From IMG/VR virus record IMGVR_UViG_3300044796_000662, positions 124,001 through 188,000 of that record: a stretch of 64,000 nucleotides of DNA; one strand, given 5' to 3'. The notes below the pieces were generated by a model. It was not told the origin of the DNA, ran no database searches, and saw only the letters and a program-made list of their open reading frames with translations. A program made the translations under genes and the position numbers. Within the stretch, counting starts at the first letter, position 1, and each line of letters opens with the position of its first letter. Positions 1 to 10,128 of the stretch are shown here, piece by piece.

Positions 1-759
1 GCCCACGACACTGAACGTACCGGAGAGCGGGACACCGATGTCCGTGACAGCGCTGGCCCAAGACCCGCCCGGAACTGACGCGGAGAACTGGCTCGTTGGC
101 GTCAACGGGAACGTCCCATTGTTGCCCGCGTGCACTGAATCGTAGACGGTGATGTTCCAGCCGTAGTAGTTCAGCCAGTTCGAACCGAGGTTGATGCCCT
201 GGATCAGGACGTTCGGACCACCGGCCACGATGGACATGGCGGTGCCGCTCGTCTCCTGAGCCAGCATCCGGATCACCTGATCGAGCAGGTTTTGGAGCGT
301 ACCGGCGCCCGTGTTCAAGCTCGGGGCGAGACCGTCCACGAACGCCACGTCGAGAGACGACGCACCGATCGCGCTCATGCCCTGTGTACCAGTCGGGGAA
401 CCGAGCTGCGTGATCAAGTTCTCAAGCAGCGCTTGGAGTGTGCCACCCGTGACCGTGTTGCTGTTTGCGAGAGTTGCGGTCGTCGGGCTCGTACCGCTGA
501 TCCTGTCCGCAGCGGAGTGCAGACGGGTCAGGTTGGTCAGGTCCGTGATGAACTTCGTGAGCTGCGCCCCGACGTTCGTTGCGGGGTTCGTGGTCCCGTC
601 CAACCAAGGGCCGTCACCGACCCAAGAGACCTGGCTCGCAAGAGCAGCTCCACCACCGCCGCCGCTGGGGGCGAGGAGTGCCGAAGCCGGAACCGTGCCG
701 ACCGAGAGCTTGCCCGGCCCCGGGTTGACCGAGGAAAGGGGGTCAGAAGTGGACGGCAT
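1..759 (-). CDS. Virion structural / fibre-like protein, N-terminal 253 codons (runs off left edge; absent from ORF track)
   Basis: TAATG stop/start overlap at 757-761; my translation MPSTSDPLSSVNPGPGKLSVG... is open to position 1 with GC3-rich codons and contains HAGNNGTFPL, like the NNG(T/S)F motifs in neighbouring fibre genes. Confidence 0.8.
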   Translation of the reverse strand, partial: MPSTSDPLSSVNPGPGKLSVGTVPASALLAPSGGGGGAALASQVSWVGDGPWLDGTTNPATNVGAQLTKFITDLTNLTRLHSAADRISGTSPTTATLANSNTVTGGTLQALLENLITQLGSPTGTQGMSAIGASSLDVAFVDGLAPSLNTGAGTLQNLLDQVIRMLAQETSGTAMSIVAGGPNVLIQGINLGSNWLNYYGWNITVYDSVHAGNNGTFPLTPTSQFSASVPGGSWASAVTDIGVPLSGTFSVVG

Positions 760-3700
760 TACGTATTCCTCTTGGTGAGCAAGTTGCCCTTGATTCGGAA
801 GATGCTCGCGGTAGTCGTGTTCAAGGCAAGGTTGCTCTCGAAGTAGACCCCGTTGTCCTCGTCGAACACAGCCCAGCGGATGAGAAGAATCAGCACGAGC
901 TGACCCTTGTGTCCGTACGCCGATGCCGTGGGCAGCTCAGCGAGGATCGGCTGGATGACCTTGTGCTTGATCGGGTCCGACAGATCTTGAGCGAAGGCGT
1001 TCGGAACGTACCCAGATGGCACGCTCTTGAAGAACGTGCGCCCCTCTGCGTCGATGTCCGAGCCAGACGCGCGGTTGAACGTGACCGCTTCAGGGTCAGG
1101 CGTGAAGGGGACGAACACGGGCAGCCTGAGCATGCCGGTCGTCGCGTTGAAGTCCGCGATCGAGATAGCCGACCTGGAGTTCAACTCGTGCTCGCCCGTG
1201 TACGAGCCGCCCGAGGTGTTGTAGATGCCGCCCGTTTGCACGTAGGCCGTGGGGAACGGGTAGCCCACATCTTCCGAGGCAGGTCCCTGCGTCAGCGTGT
1301 AGAGCGACGGAGAGATGTACCGGGGAATGACCGTCTGCGTCGTCCCGATGATCGAATCGCGCCCTGTCTGCGGAGCCCGGGTCTCGTACCAGACGATCAG
1401 CTCGACTGCGGTAGGCGCAGCCGGTACCGGGCGAAGCGCCGAGTAGGAGTAGCTGAGGGTGTCCCCCGAAACCGTCCAGTCAGCCGTGTTCGTGAAGGTG
1501 GCGATGCGCCCCGTGGCGTCGAGCGTCACGGAACCTGCGATGGGCGTACCGTTCTTCTGGATCGACGTAGGAATGGCCGAAGCGCGTTCCGGGATACGGA
1601 AGGAGATCCCGTTCATCGTCCAGGAGATCGATCCGCTGTTCGCGTCAGGGAAGACGCCTCCAGAGTTCGTGATCTGAACCGACGTAGGCGACAACCATGC
1701 CGCGATCGGGAAGGAGCCGTTGTTGCCACCGTTCGCTGCCCCCGAGAAGAGAATGCGCTGGCCCACCATCTCGGGCACCATCGCCGTCAGACCTGTGATG
1801 GTCACGAGGGGCGAAGAGAACGCTGAGATCGTGGCCGCAGCGCCAGAACCCGTCAGGGCGTTCTGCGTCGCAATCGCGATCGAAGAGGTCGTGTACTGGA
1901 TCTGCGCTTCACGGTGCGTGTTGTCGATCGACTCGTTCGCGTAGGCGCTGAAGTTGTACGGCGTCCCCGAGGGGATCGCCTGCACGACCTGGAAGCTCGA
2001 CGAACCGTAGTTGTTGGTCGGCGTGCGCGTCAGACCGTTGCCGGTCGGGTAGCCCACGAGGATGTCGAGATACAGGGTCTCGTTTGAGATGCCCGTACCC
2101 GTCAGAGCGTCGAAGGTAACCGACAGGGCTGTGATGGGGATCACGCCCGTGTTCAAGACCTGTGTGATGTGGTTCTTGGCGTAAACGGTCTTCTTGCCGC
2201 TGGCGGAGCCGATGAAGAGACCCCCAAGAACGTCGTACGCGATGGCGTTGGCACCGGACGTCGCCGCCCAGTTGAACGCCGAGTACGGGTAGATCGCCAG
2301 AGACGTGAAGTCGATCGTGACCGTCGAGTTGGCCCAGCCGCCGCCCGGAACCGGGATGGCAACCGTGATGACCTCCAAGATAGGACGATCCGAGAACGTC
2401 CTCCTGGCCGCGTCGAAGGTACCGATGAGAGGGCCGGTACCATCCGAGGGGAACGGTCCAATCTCGTCACCCCAGAGCACCGTGGCGCCGTTCGAAGTGC
2501 CAGCGTACGTGTTCGTGAACCACTCTGTCGTCAGAGCGTTGTCGAACAGGTACGTCATGTTCTTCTCAAGCAGCTCGGCGTAGTTCCAGCCGACCGGAGA
2601 CACGCCCATCCGAAGATCGACGACGTCACGCGACACGATGACGTCCGAAAGCAGGCCGTCAGGACGATCCGAAGCAGCGGGCGAGACCTGGCCACCGTTC
2701 TGGTTGGTCGTGCGAGCGAAGCCGCTGGAGTTGCGGCGGAAGACTGCCATGAGCGGAATGGCGTACATGTAGCCATCCACCGTGCCGAGCGTGTTGGCGG
2801 GGTTGCCGTCGCCCGCGATCCACAAGCCGGGGTCCCCAGCGCCGCCCGCGTTCGAGTAGGTGAACAGCGTGGTCACACCGTCCGGAGCCGTAGAGACCGC
2901 CGGAACCGAGTTGGCGACCATCGTGGGGTCGTCCATCCCGTAGGGGTACGAGTAAACGTCGATCCCCGGGACGACGCGGAGGCGGTACTGGATCTGAACG
3001 CGCTTGGTGGTCTCAGCCCCGACGTTCGCGTTCAGGATGTCGTCCGCGAAGTTGAGGGACATGTCCTGCGCGGGGTCAAGCTTGACGTTGCCGTACTCCC
3101 AGATGCGGCCCGCGGGGCTCTTGCCCACCGTGCTAGGAGCCGCAGAGAGCAAGCAGCGCCACACTTCGAGGATGACGACGTCCGTACGGTTCACGCCAGC
3201 GCCCGCAGGCGGGGCCGGCATGACGAGCTGGTTCAGCCCATGCGCGGGGGGAGACCCGGCGAGGTTCGTGTTCGAGACGTTCAGAATCCAACCGTTGACC
3301 TGCGCGATGAGGTTGTTCGGGATCTGGATGGTGTTCGGGGCTCCAAAGAGAGCCGTTGCGCTTCCGGAGGGCGTGCCCGTATAGGCCGAGGTCAGGACGA
3401 TCGCGGTACCCGTAACGGAAAGCACCTTGTAGTTGACGCCCGCCTGGGACGAGAACGAGATGATGTCACCAGCGAAAAGAAAGCCCGTCTGCGAGACAGA
3501 CGCCGTGACCGAGGTGCTGGCGGAGACCGTGAACGTGCCAGAGAGGCTGCCCGCCGCAGTTCCGACGAAGATCGCCGTCGTGGGGTTGGACGAGCCTGTG
3601 AAGTCGTCCGAGATCCACCCCGAGGGCATGGCAGCACGGACGCCAGCTTCGGCGCTGCCGCCGTCGATGTCTTGCTGAAGATTCAGTTCGACATCGAGGA

Positions 3701-3806
3701 GCGGCTTGCCCGCCTGCGTGACCACCGTCTCCCAGTTGCGAGACGTGGGATCGAGGTAGCCGCTGACCGCAGGGCCATAGTTCTTGGTAACGTCGGGGAA
3801 AGTCAT
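759..3806 (-). CDS. Baseplate/tail-fibre attachment protein (DUF4815/DUF6519-like N-terminus), 1015 aa
   Basis: N-terminal RNWETVVTQAGKPLLDVELNLQQD resembles the V..QxGKPxLDxELN motif of fibre-attachment proteins; beta-rich; located in fibre cluster. Confidence 0.6.
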   Translation of the reverse strand: MTFPDVTKNYGPAVSGYLDPTSRNWETVVTQAGKPLLDVELNLQQDIDGGSAEAGVRAAMPSGWISDDFTGSSNPTTAIFVGTAAGSLSGTFTVSASTSVTASVSQTGFLFAGDIISFSSQAGVNYKVLSVTGTAIVLTSAYTGTPSGSATALFGAPNTIQIPNNLIAQVNGWILNVSNTNLAGSPPAHGLNQLVMPAPPAGAGVNRTDVVILEVWRCLLSAAPSTVGKSPAGRIWEYGNVKLDPAQDMSLNFADDILNANVGAETTKRVQIQYRLRVVPGIDVYSYPYGMDDPTMVANSVPAVSTAPDGVTTLFTYSNAGGAGDPGLWIAGDGNPANTLGTVDGYMYAIPLMAVFRRNSSGFARTTNQNGGQVSPAASDRPDGLLSDVIVSRDVVDLRMGVSPVGWNYAELLEKNMTYLFDNALTTEWFTNTYAGTSNGATVLWGDEIGPFPSDGTGPLIGTFDAARRTFSDRPILEVITVAIPVPGGGWANSTVTIDFTSLAIYPYSAFNWAATSGANAIAYDVLGGLFIGSASGKKTVYAKNHITQVLNTGVIPITALSVTFDALTGTGISNETLYLDILVGYPTGNGLTRTPTNNYGSSSFQVVQAIPSGTPYNFSAYANESIDNTHREAQIQYTTSSIAIATQNALTGSGAAATISAFSSPLVTITGLTAMVPEMVGQRILFSGAANGGNNGSFPIAAWLSPTSVQITNSGGVFPDANSGSISWTMNGISFRIPERASAIPTSIQKNGTPIAGSVTLDATGRIATFTNTADWTVSGDTLSYSYSALRPVPAAPTAVELIVWYETRAPQTGRDSIIGTTQTVIPRYISPSLYTLTQGPASEDVGYPFPTAYVQTGGIYNTSGGSYTGEHELNSRSAISIADFNATTGMLRLPVFVPFTPDPEAVTFNRASGSDIDAEGRTFFKSVPSGYVPNAFAQDLSDPIKHKVIQPILAELPTASAYGHKGQLVLILLIRWAVFDEDNGVYFESNLALNTTTASIFRIKGNLLTKRNT

Positions 3807-3822
3807 CTGACGCTCCGTACCC

Positions 3823-4464
3823 TCAGAAGGTCAAACGCCACACGATCGTGAGCGTCGAGGTCGCTGGCTTGTTGATGACCGGAAAGGTCAGGTAATTGAC
3901 CAGCGTCTCGAACTCCGTGAGGTCCACCGTGGGGTCATAGGACCCGTTTGGGGGTGACACGGGGTTGCGGACGTTGAGGTTCGACGAGACGTTGCCCCCG
4001 ATGAGCCCCATCTCGACGAGCGGTCCAACCGCCTCCGACTCTGCGAAGGTCGTCGTGAAGTCCACAACGTTCGTCGGAATAGCGACCGGAATGCCCCCAG
4101 CGTTGATGAACTGCGTGTTGGCAAAGGTCTTGCGCGCAAGCTCCGAGTAGAGGGCGCGCTGAGTGTTCGTGGGCGCCGGAGGGGTCATCGGGTTCCACCC
4201 GATGTCACCCGTGCCCATGGCCAGGCAGAAGATGCCGTTCGGCGGCTCGGCGTTGTCCTTCATCAACCGAGCGATGAGGATCGACGCATCAAGAACGACG
4301 AGGTTGTACCGATGGTCCTGGACTTCGCCCGTCTTCGCGTCCCGCAGAGTGATGAAGACCTCGCCCTTGATCTTGCGGCGAAGGTTCTCCTCGAACTTGG
4401 GACTGAACGCGAATCGGAAGGCGTTGGCCGTACGTCGAAAAGCCTCGCCGATCTTCATGTGCAT
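3823..4464 (-). CDS. Tail-collar fibre base protein (P2 gpH N-terminal / DUF3751-like)
   Basis: NLVVLDA...AMGTG...PTNTQRALYSELARK...TTFAESEAVGPLVEMGL...FPVINK...LTIVWRLTF; strong GAGGAG RBS directly before ATG. Confidence 0.65.
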   Translation of the reverse strand: MHMKIGEAFRRTANAFRFAFSPKFEENLRRKIKGEVFITLRDAKTGEVQDHRYNLVVLDASILIARLMKDNAEPPNGIFCLAMGTGDIGWNPMTPPAPTNTQRALYSELARKTFANTQFINAGGIPVAIPTNVVDFTTTFAESEAVGPLVEMGLIGGNVSSNLNVRNPVSPPNGSYDPTVDLTEFETLVNYLTFPVINKPATSTLTIVWRLTF

Positions 4465-4489
4465 CTCCTCGGGTTCATCCGAGGGGCTG

Positions 4490-4503
4490 TATAAGAAGCC
4501 TAG
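4490..4503 (-). promoter_or_regulatory. Candidate promoter variant CTAGGCTTCTTATA
   Basis: Pyrimidine tract plus TTAT, 26 nt upstream of ATG at 4464. Confidence 0.35.
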
Positions 4504-4506
4504 CGG

Positions 4507-5949
4507 CTAAGGCCCTACAGTGAGGGTGGCGGAGAGAGTAGAACCTCCCTGCATAGCCGTCTGTCCCGCTGCCTTGATGCTCGCCTCAGCTTCCACGGTC
4601 GCCATGGCCGTGTCGATGACCGCACTGACCGGCAGGGTGAACATGCTGGAACCGGCCACAATCGAGGCGTGCAGGCCGATTGTGTGCGTCATCGTCGCAG
4701 ACATCGTCGATTCACCGACGAGCTTGAACGATAGCACGAGGACGTTCTCGGACGGTACGGACGGGATCGGCGAGAGGTTGTTCGCCGTGATGAAGAGCAC
4801 GGGCGTGATCGGAACGGTAGATGGGGGCGGCGGCATGGGTAGCGCTGCCGCAGGGGGTGGCCGGTAGGTCAGGAAGGCCAGATTGTTCAGGAGTGCGACG
4901 TAGGTCAGGTTCCAGGTGGAGCCCTGGATGAGGGCGACCGCCATCCCATCAGTGGCGCCCTGGTAGGTGTCAAGCCTATTGTCCAGGACATTGGTCTGCG
5001 CGACGGTCATGCGCGGGAACGGAGCCCAGAGGCTCGCCCCAGCGGGACCAAGGACGCTCCCAACCGGACTCCCCCGCCCGAAGGTATAGAGCGGGATGGG
5101 GTCAATCGGCTGCGGAGGCGTGTACGTGTCGAAGGCGGTCGTGCAAACGTCCACCTCCTCAACCTGGATGATCGAGTTCGCCGCAGAGGTGTTGAGCGCA
5201 GGCGAGAAGAATACGAGCCCGTTGGGGTTGCCGAAGACGCTGTCCTTGACCTCCCCCGTAAACTCCTGGAACTGCATCAGGATCGGGTTGGGGGTTTCCT
5301 GCACCCAGGTGAACGGCACGGTGCTTGGGACGATCGGCTGACCATTCACGGAACGGATGGAGGCCGAGATCGTCGCCTGATAGACCCCGTCCGTGTGCAT
5401 CGGCGTCGAAAGCACAAGGGCGACCGAGAGGGTGTTGGTCGGCTGCTCGGGCGTGACCGACACAATCGTGAAGGCGTTGCCGAACATGTCCTCGACTTGG
5501 TAGTTGAGGGTGTCGTTCAGCGCCGAGTTGTTGAGCATCGGCTGCGCGAAGACGATGCGAACCTTCGTCGTCGAGACCGCAACAGGCGTCATGGTCGCCG
5601 GGATGGCGTTGCCCATGAACGTGACGGTGTTGAGCGAAGGGTCGAGCGGCTGGTTGAAGTAGCCGCGCGACAGAGCAATCGTGCACGTGTACAGAACGTT
5701 GGATTGCTGCGTCGTTTCGAGACGGACGGCGGCCGCCGTGTACTCGTAGACGTTGAGGACTGTCAGCCCCGGGATCGAGAAGTTGGCGGGGGTGAGGTTC
5801 GGACCGTACGTGAAGTCGAGCAGGTCGTTGAAGGTGATCTCGGCCGAGAAGTCCGAGAGGGACTGCGCAGAGATCGCCCCAAAGGGGCCCAGGGCACCAC
5901 CGTAAGGTGAGCCGCTGAAGAGGTCGCTGCCGTAGTTGCCCTGAGCCAT
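4507..5949 (-). CDS. Virion structural protein with SbsA-type Ig-like domains and Ser-rich C-terminal beta repeats
   Basis: TKVRIVFAQPM...LNYQV...IVSVTP pattern is Ig-like; C-terminus LVGESTMSATMT...MQGGSTLSATLT. Confidence 0.55.
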   Translation of the reverse strand: MAQGNYGSDLFSGSPYGGALGPFGAISAQSLSDFSAEITFNDLLDFTYGPNLTPANFSIPGLTVLNVYEYTAAAVRLETTQQSNVLYTCTIALSRGYFNQPLDPSLNTVTFMGNAIPATMTPVAVSTTKVRIVFAQPMLNNSALNDTLNYQVEDMFGNAFTIVSVTPEQPTNTLSVALVLSTPMHTDGVYQATISASIRSVNGQPIVPSTVPFTWVQETPNPILMQFQEFTGEVKDSVFGNPNGLVFFSPALNTSAANSIIQVEEVDVCTTAFDTYTPPQPIDPIPLYTFGRGSPVGSVLGPAGASLWAPFPRMTVAQTNVLDNRLDTYQGATDGMAVALIQGSTWNLTYVALLNNLAFLTYRPPPAAALPMPPPPSTVPITPVLFITANNLSPIPSVPSENVLVLSFKLVGESTMSATMTHTIGLHASIVAGSSMFTLPVSAVIDTAMATVEAEASIKAAGQTAMQGGSTLSATLTVGP

Positions 5950-5958
5950 GCCTGCCCT

Positions 5959-8900
5959 TTAGGAGTCGATGAAGACGCTAACGCTGCCCTGCGTTGGGTC
6001 GCGCACGAGCCGGTACGAGTGGTAGTTGCCGTCGAGGAAGTCGAAGCGCCGGCCGCCCACGATCTTGTTCGTCTTCTGGTCGAAGACAAGGACGTAGCGC
6101 TCGCCGATGGGGCTCGTGATGAACCCAAGCGAGATGGTCATGCCAGGAGCGCTCATACCGAAGCGCACCTGCGAGTCCCCAAGGCCCAGGCTCGCGTCGC
6201 TCAAGAGCTTGAGCCGGTACGTGACCTGCGTCACAAGACCCACGGCGTCGGGAAGCGGCGTCGGGTTGCTGTAGGCCGTGATCGTTCCCGTGCTGTCCGT
6301 ACCGTACGTCAGGACGTTGTTGAAGACAGAGCGGCTGACGTGCGTGGGGTCCTGCGCGTAGTAGGTCCAGGGGGTGATCGCGGTGGTGTCCGACTCTGGC
6401 AGCGTGTTCGCATCGTACGTGAGGCACTCGGTCTTCTGGTAGTAGATCGTGCCCAGGTCGTGCAGCCAGTCGTCGAAGTCCGCGATGAGGTTCGGCACGC
6501 CCGTGTCCCTCTCGATGACCGAGAGCGAGTTGTACAGTACCTCGTCCGGAACAACGAGCTTGGTCTCGTACGCCGCGTCGTTCAAGACGAAGGACTGCGT
6601 GTTCAAGACGTCCGCGATGTTGTTGAGCGATGCAACCGGAACGTTGACGACCGTGGGGGTGTTGACCTCGAACGTCTGCGTGCTCGGGACAAGCGGCGTG
6701 CCCTCGTTGAGAAGCGTGTACGCCACGAGGTCCGGGTTCGTGAGGAAGTCCGGGTACAGCTCTGGTGGGATGCCCTCCGATTCGCTCCAGAAATCCGTCA
6801 AGGTGTGCGGAAGCGTTGTCAGGTGACGCTCGTAGCTCGCCATGACATTGCGCTGGTTGAGCACCTGGTGGGGCGGCACGATCCGAAGGGAGGTCGGCGC
6901 CCGCGTGATGCCGTAGCGCACGAAGCTCCACACCGTCTGCGAGATGTTGGTCGGATCGAAGGCGCCCCATGCGATGCCAGGGAGCGCGTTGTTGATGATC
7001 CGCAGGACGCCCACGGTGCTCGGCGGCAGGTCAACGTCGTTGTAGCCGATGTAGATGATCGGCTGCGCGTTTGTGCTGTCGAGAAGAACGGACACTCCGC
7101 CGCCCGGGTCACGCACGATGCGGTAGCGGTGTGCGGTCTGCCAGTTGGTCTGCGCAGGGATGCGGTAGCCCACCACGGAGGGGCCCGCGGGGAAAGACGT
7201 GGAGATCGTGAGCGATGTCGAGAGCACGCCCGTGATCGTGTAGGTACCCTTGTTGGGTCCCACGTCGATGACGAGGTAGTCCCCGATCGAGACTCCCGCT
7301 GCAACGAAGTTCGCAGCTCCATCCCCGAGCGCGTTGTTGGCGATGGCCGCCTCGGTCCCGCTAGTCTTGAGCGGCAGGTGGTACCCCGTCAGAGCGTTCG
7401 GATCGTAGCCCCGCCAGATACCCACGTAGGTCTGGAACGAGGACAACACACGCCACGCATTGCAGTAGCTCCAATCGACAACGGACAGTGCCCCGTTCGT
7501 CGCCGGCGTCGAAGAGCCGAAGGTGACAACGCCCGTCTGTGTACCGCCAGGCACGTGGAACGAAGAGTATGGCTCGGTACCGATAAAGACCGAGTCGATG
7601 AAGAGCGAGACGAGGTTACCTCCCGTGCTCTTGACGATGCGGTACGTGTGGGCTTGCCCGTCATCCCAGTTGAACGGGAAGCTGACGAGAGCTGTACCGT
7701 CCGAGTGGAGCGTCACGTTCAGGACGCCACTGAGCTTCGTGAACATCACGCCGACGCTTCTCGCGCCGTCGTAGACCTCCGCATCGACGCCGCAGAAGTG
7801 AGTCGTGGTATCGGCAGTGTACGAGTGCACAAGCACCCGGAACTCCAGCATGTAGTCGTAGTTCGGGGACACGACACGAACCGGCGTGCTCGTGGCGTCC
7901 AGGATCGGGGCGTTGTCGTCGATGTAGTAAACGAGGCCGTCCGTCACGCTCGTGTCCGTGATGCGCAAGATGCGGCCGACCATGTGCGCGGTCTGCCCGC
8001 CCGTAGCCGTCCACGTGTACGGCGTAAACTCGTCTGGCGTCGCGCGGCCGCCGTAGCTCAGCTTCGGAGCAGCCGTATCCGAGAGGAAGCAAAGTTGCGT
8101 CAGACGGTCGCCGTCATCGACTGCGGCCATGACCGCGTTCGGCGTGATACCGTGCGTGAAGGTGCGGAGCTGCACGTTCACATCGAGGACAACGTCAGAG
8201 GAAGCGGCAAGTAGCGGCTCGATGCGGTCGAAGCCCTTGAAGTCTCCGCCCACGAGGCCGAGAGCCGATTCCGAGGCTTGGGTCGTTGCGCTCGTCGAGT
8301 CGAGCAAGAGGGGGTACTTGTTGTTGAGGATCGTCTCCGTGCCACCCGAGCCGATCGGCGTCCACGGCTGCGAAGCTTGCTCAGGGACGGTGTTCGCTTC
8401 GTAGTTGACGAAGATCGACGGCGCTGTCTGTTGGGGGTTGGTCGGAAGGATGTCGTAGAGCACGAACTCCCAATCCGATGTGTTCGCCGACTCACGCGAG
8501 AGCGAACCCCAGAAGGCCCCCTCGACCTCGTTGAACGGAGCCGACAGCTCTTCGAGGAACGGCGCCTGTGTTTCGAGGATCTGCAAAGTCGGCGTGACGT
8601 TGCCGTCGATATAGAGGCCCACGGTTCCGGTCAAGCTGCGGAAGATGCGATAGCTGTGGACGACCGTCCAATCGAAAGCGACAGGTGCGCCCGTGGGGTT
8701 GCCTCCCGAGTCGAGACCGCCAGACCACGAGGCGATGACCGAGGGGTCGTTGCCGCCACCTTGGACAAGGAACCCGATCATCATCGAGCCGCCGTTGTTC
8801 AGGTAGCCTACGACGATGGCATGCTCTTCGTCCGAGTACCCCGCTGCGATGCCCGTGAAGACTCCTTCGGTCGTGGGCGCCGCTGTGATGTACATGCGCC

Positions 8901-10128
8901 ACGCTTGCGCGTAGACGTGCTGGAAGGTCAGATCGATAGGACGGCTCCAGTAGAGGAGCTGCCCGGTCGGATAAGGCCCAGGAGTCGTCGTCTGCACCTT
9001 CAAGGTGCCTGGCGTGAGTGTGGTGATGCCCGTGCCGATGCGCTGCCACGGAGAGACGGGGTCGTTCTCCGGCAGAGTCGCTGCCTCGTACGAGACGAAC
9101 GTCGAGCTGAGCGGCCTTGATAGCGGCGGGAACGCGATGCGATGGTTGGGCGTGTTGAGCGTGAGAAGGTTCGGGTCGTTGAGCACGGGCGTGTATGCCC
9201 GCTCGTAGGCCCGGTACTTGAGGTCCCTCTGGAGCGGTTGTGCCAGCGTCGCTTGGATGTCGAGCGGCGTGTACAAGCTCGGCGTGAGCAGGACGTTGTT
9301 GTAGCGATAGTGGTGTGAGATTTCCGTGGGGTAGCCGACGTCACGGTTCCACGAGTTGAGCCTGAACTCGAAGCTGTTCAAGGCCATGAGTTCGACGGTC
9401 GGGTTTTGGATCCACGAGTAGTTGACCTTGACGTCATCCCCCGGGTCCGGAGCCGAAGGGAGCACGATCTGCCCAAGCAGCCCGAACACCTCGGTCGGGG
9501 TCACGGGGGTGCCGTTGACCGTGACCATGACATCTGTGGGGTCTTCGGCAATCTGGCCGTCACGTGGGTCGAAGATCTCCCACAGGATACTGCCGTTGGC
9601 GTTGTCCGGAAGCCGCAGGTTCGCTGCCACACGGATCGAGGTGGACGAGAGCACCGCCGTGATGAGGTAGGTCCCCGCGTTGACCGTAGTCCCGAGCCCA
9701 AGCAGGCCACCGGCCATCGAGGATCCGCCCCCAAGGCTTGCTTGCAGGGTGTGGTGCACCTTGGCTTGGGACGCCATGCTGGAGCTGGCGGTGATCGAAG
9801 AGTCCGAGCTGCCCGGCAGGAAGAGCGAATGGCCGGTGATGTGCGCCGCGGTGTTGTGGGCAACTGTCAGCGAGGCACTCAGGTTCGAGTTCGCGTTGAG
9901 GTTGGCGTTGGCCAGCGAAACGCCAAGGTCCGCCCCAAGCGTGATGTACAAGCCCACCATCGACGTGGTGATGAGGCCCCCGGGCAGGACCAGAGTCACC
10001 GCATCGAGGATGCGTCCCCCTGCACCGGCCGCAAGAACGAGCGGCGGCTTCGCAATCGGACCGTAGTCGGTGAAGACCGAGTTCTGGACCGTAGGCGAGG
10101 TGGAGGTGAAGATCGCTTGGGTGGTCAT
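5959..10128 (-). CDS. Large virion adhesin with four ConA/LamG-like beta-sandwich repeats, 1389 aa
   Basis: Four copies of W/F..xxxH(S/T/R)YR(I/L)....G.V.(L/V).(I/L)D and three copies of Y(E/D)AxTxPE....PW. Confidence 0.6.
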   Translation of the reverse strand: MTTQAIFTSTSPTVQNSVFTDYGPIAKPPLVLAAGAGGRILDAVTLVLPGGLITTSMVGLYITLGADLGVSLANANLNANSNLSASLTVAHNTAAHITGHSLFLPGSSDSSITASSSMASQAKVHHTLQASLGGGSSMAGGLLGLGTTVNAGTYLITAVLSSTSIRVAANLRLPDNANGSILWEIFDPRDGQIAEDPTDVMVTVNGTPVTPTEVFGLLGQIVLPSAPDPGDDVKVNYSWIQNPTVELMALNSFEFRLNSWNRDVGYPTEISHHYRYNNVLLTPSLYTPLDIQATLAQPLQRDLKYRAYERAYTPVLNDPNLLTLNTPNHRIAFPPLSRPLSSTFVSYEAATLPENDPVSPWQRIGTGITTLTPGTLKVQTTTPGPYPTGQLLYWSRPIDLTFQHVYAQAWRMYITAAPTTEGVFTGIAAGYSDEEHAIVVGYLNNGGSMMIGFLVQGGGNDPSVIASWSGGLDSGGNPTGAPVAFDWTVVHSYRIFRSLTGTVGLYIDGNVTPTLQILETQAPFLEELSAPFNEVEGAFWGSLSRESANTSDWEFVLYDILPTNPQQTAPSIFVNYEANTVPEQASQPWTPIGSGGTETILNNKYPLLLDSTSATTQASESALGLVGGDFKGFDRIEPLLAASSDVVLDVNVQLRTFTHGITPNAVMAAVDDGDRLTQLCFLSDTAAPKLSYGGRATPDEFTPYTWTATGGQTAHMVGRILRITDTSVTDGLVYYIDDNAPILDATSTPVRVVSPNYDYMLEFRVLVHSYTADTTTHFCGVDAEVYDGARSVGVMFTKLSGVLNVTLHSDGTALVSFPFNWDDGQAHTYRIVKSTGGNLVSLFIDSVFIGTEPYSSFHVPGGTQTGVVTFGSSTPATNGALSVVDWSYCNAWRVLSSFQTYVGIWRGYDPNALTGYHLPLKTSGTEAAIANNALGDGAANFVAAGVSIGDYLVIDVGPNKGTYTITGVLSTSLTISTSFPAGPSVVGYRIPAQTNWQTAHRYRIVRDPGGGVSVLLDSTNAQPIIYIGYNDVDLPPSTVGVLRIINNALPGIAWGAFDPTNISQTVWSFVRYGITRAPTSLRIVPPHQVLNQRNVMASYERHLTTLPHTLTDFWSESEGIPPELYPDFLTNPDLVAYTLLNEGTPLVPSTQTFEVNTPTVVNVPVASLNNIADVLNTQSFVLNDAAYETKLVVPDEVLYNSLSVIERDTGVPNLIADFDDWLHDLGTIYYQKTECLTYDANTLPESDTTAITPWTYYAQDPTHVSRSVFNNVLTYGTDSTGTITAYSNPTPLPDAVGLVTQVTYRLKLLSDASLGLGDSQVRFGMSAPGMTISLGFITSPIGERYVLVFDQKTNKIVGGRRFDFLDGNYHSYRLVRDPTQGSVSVFIDS

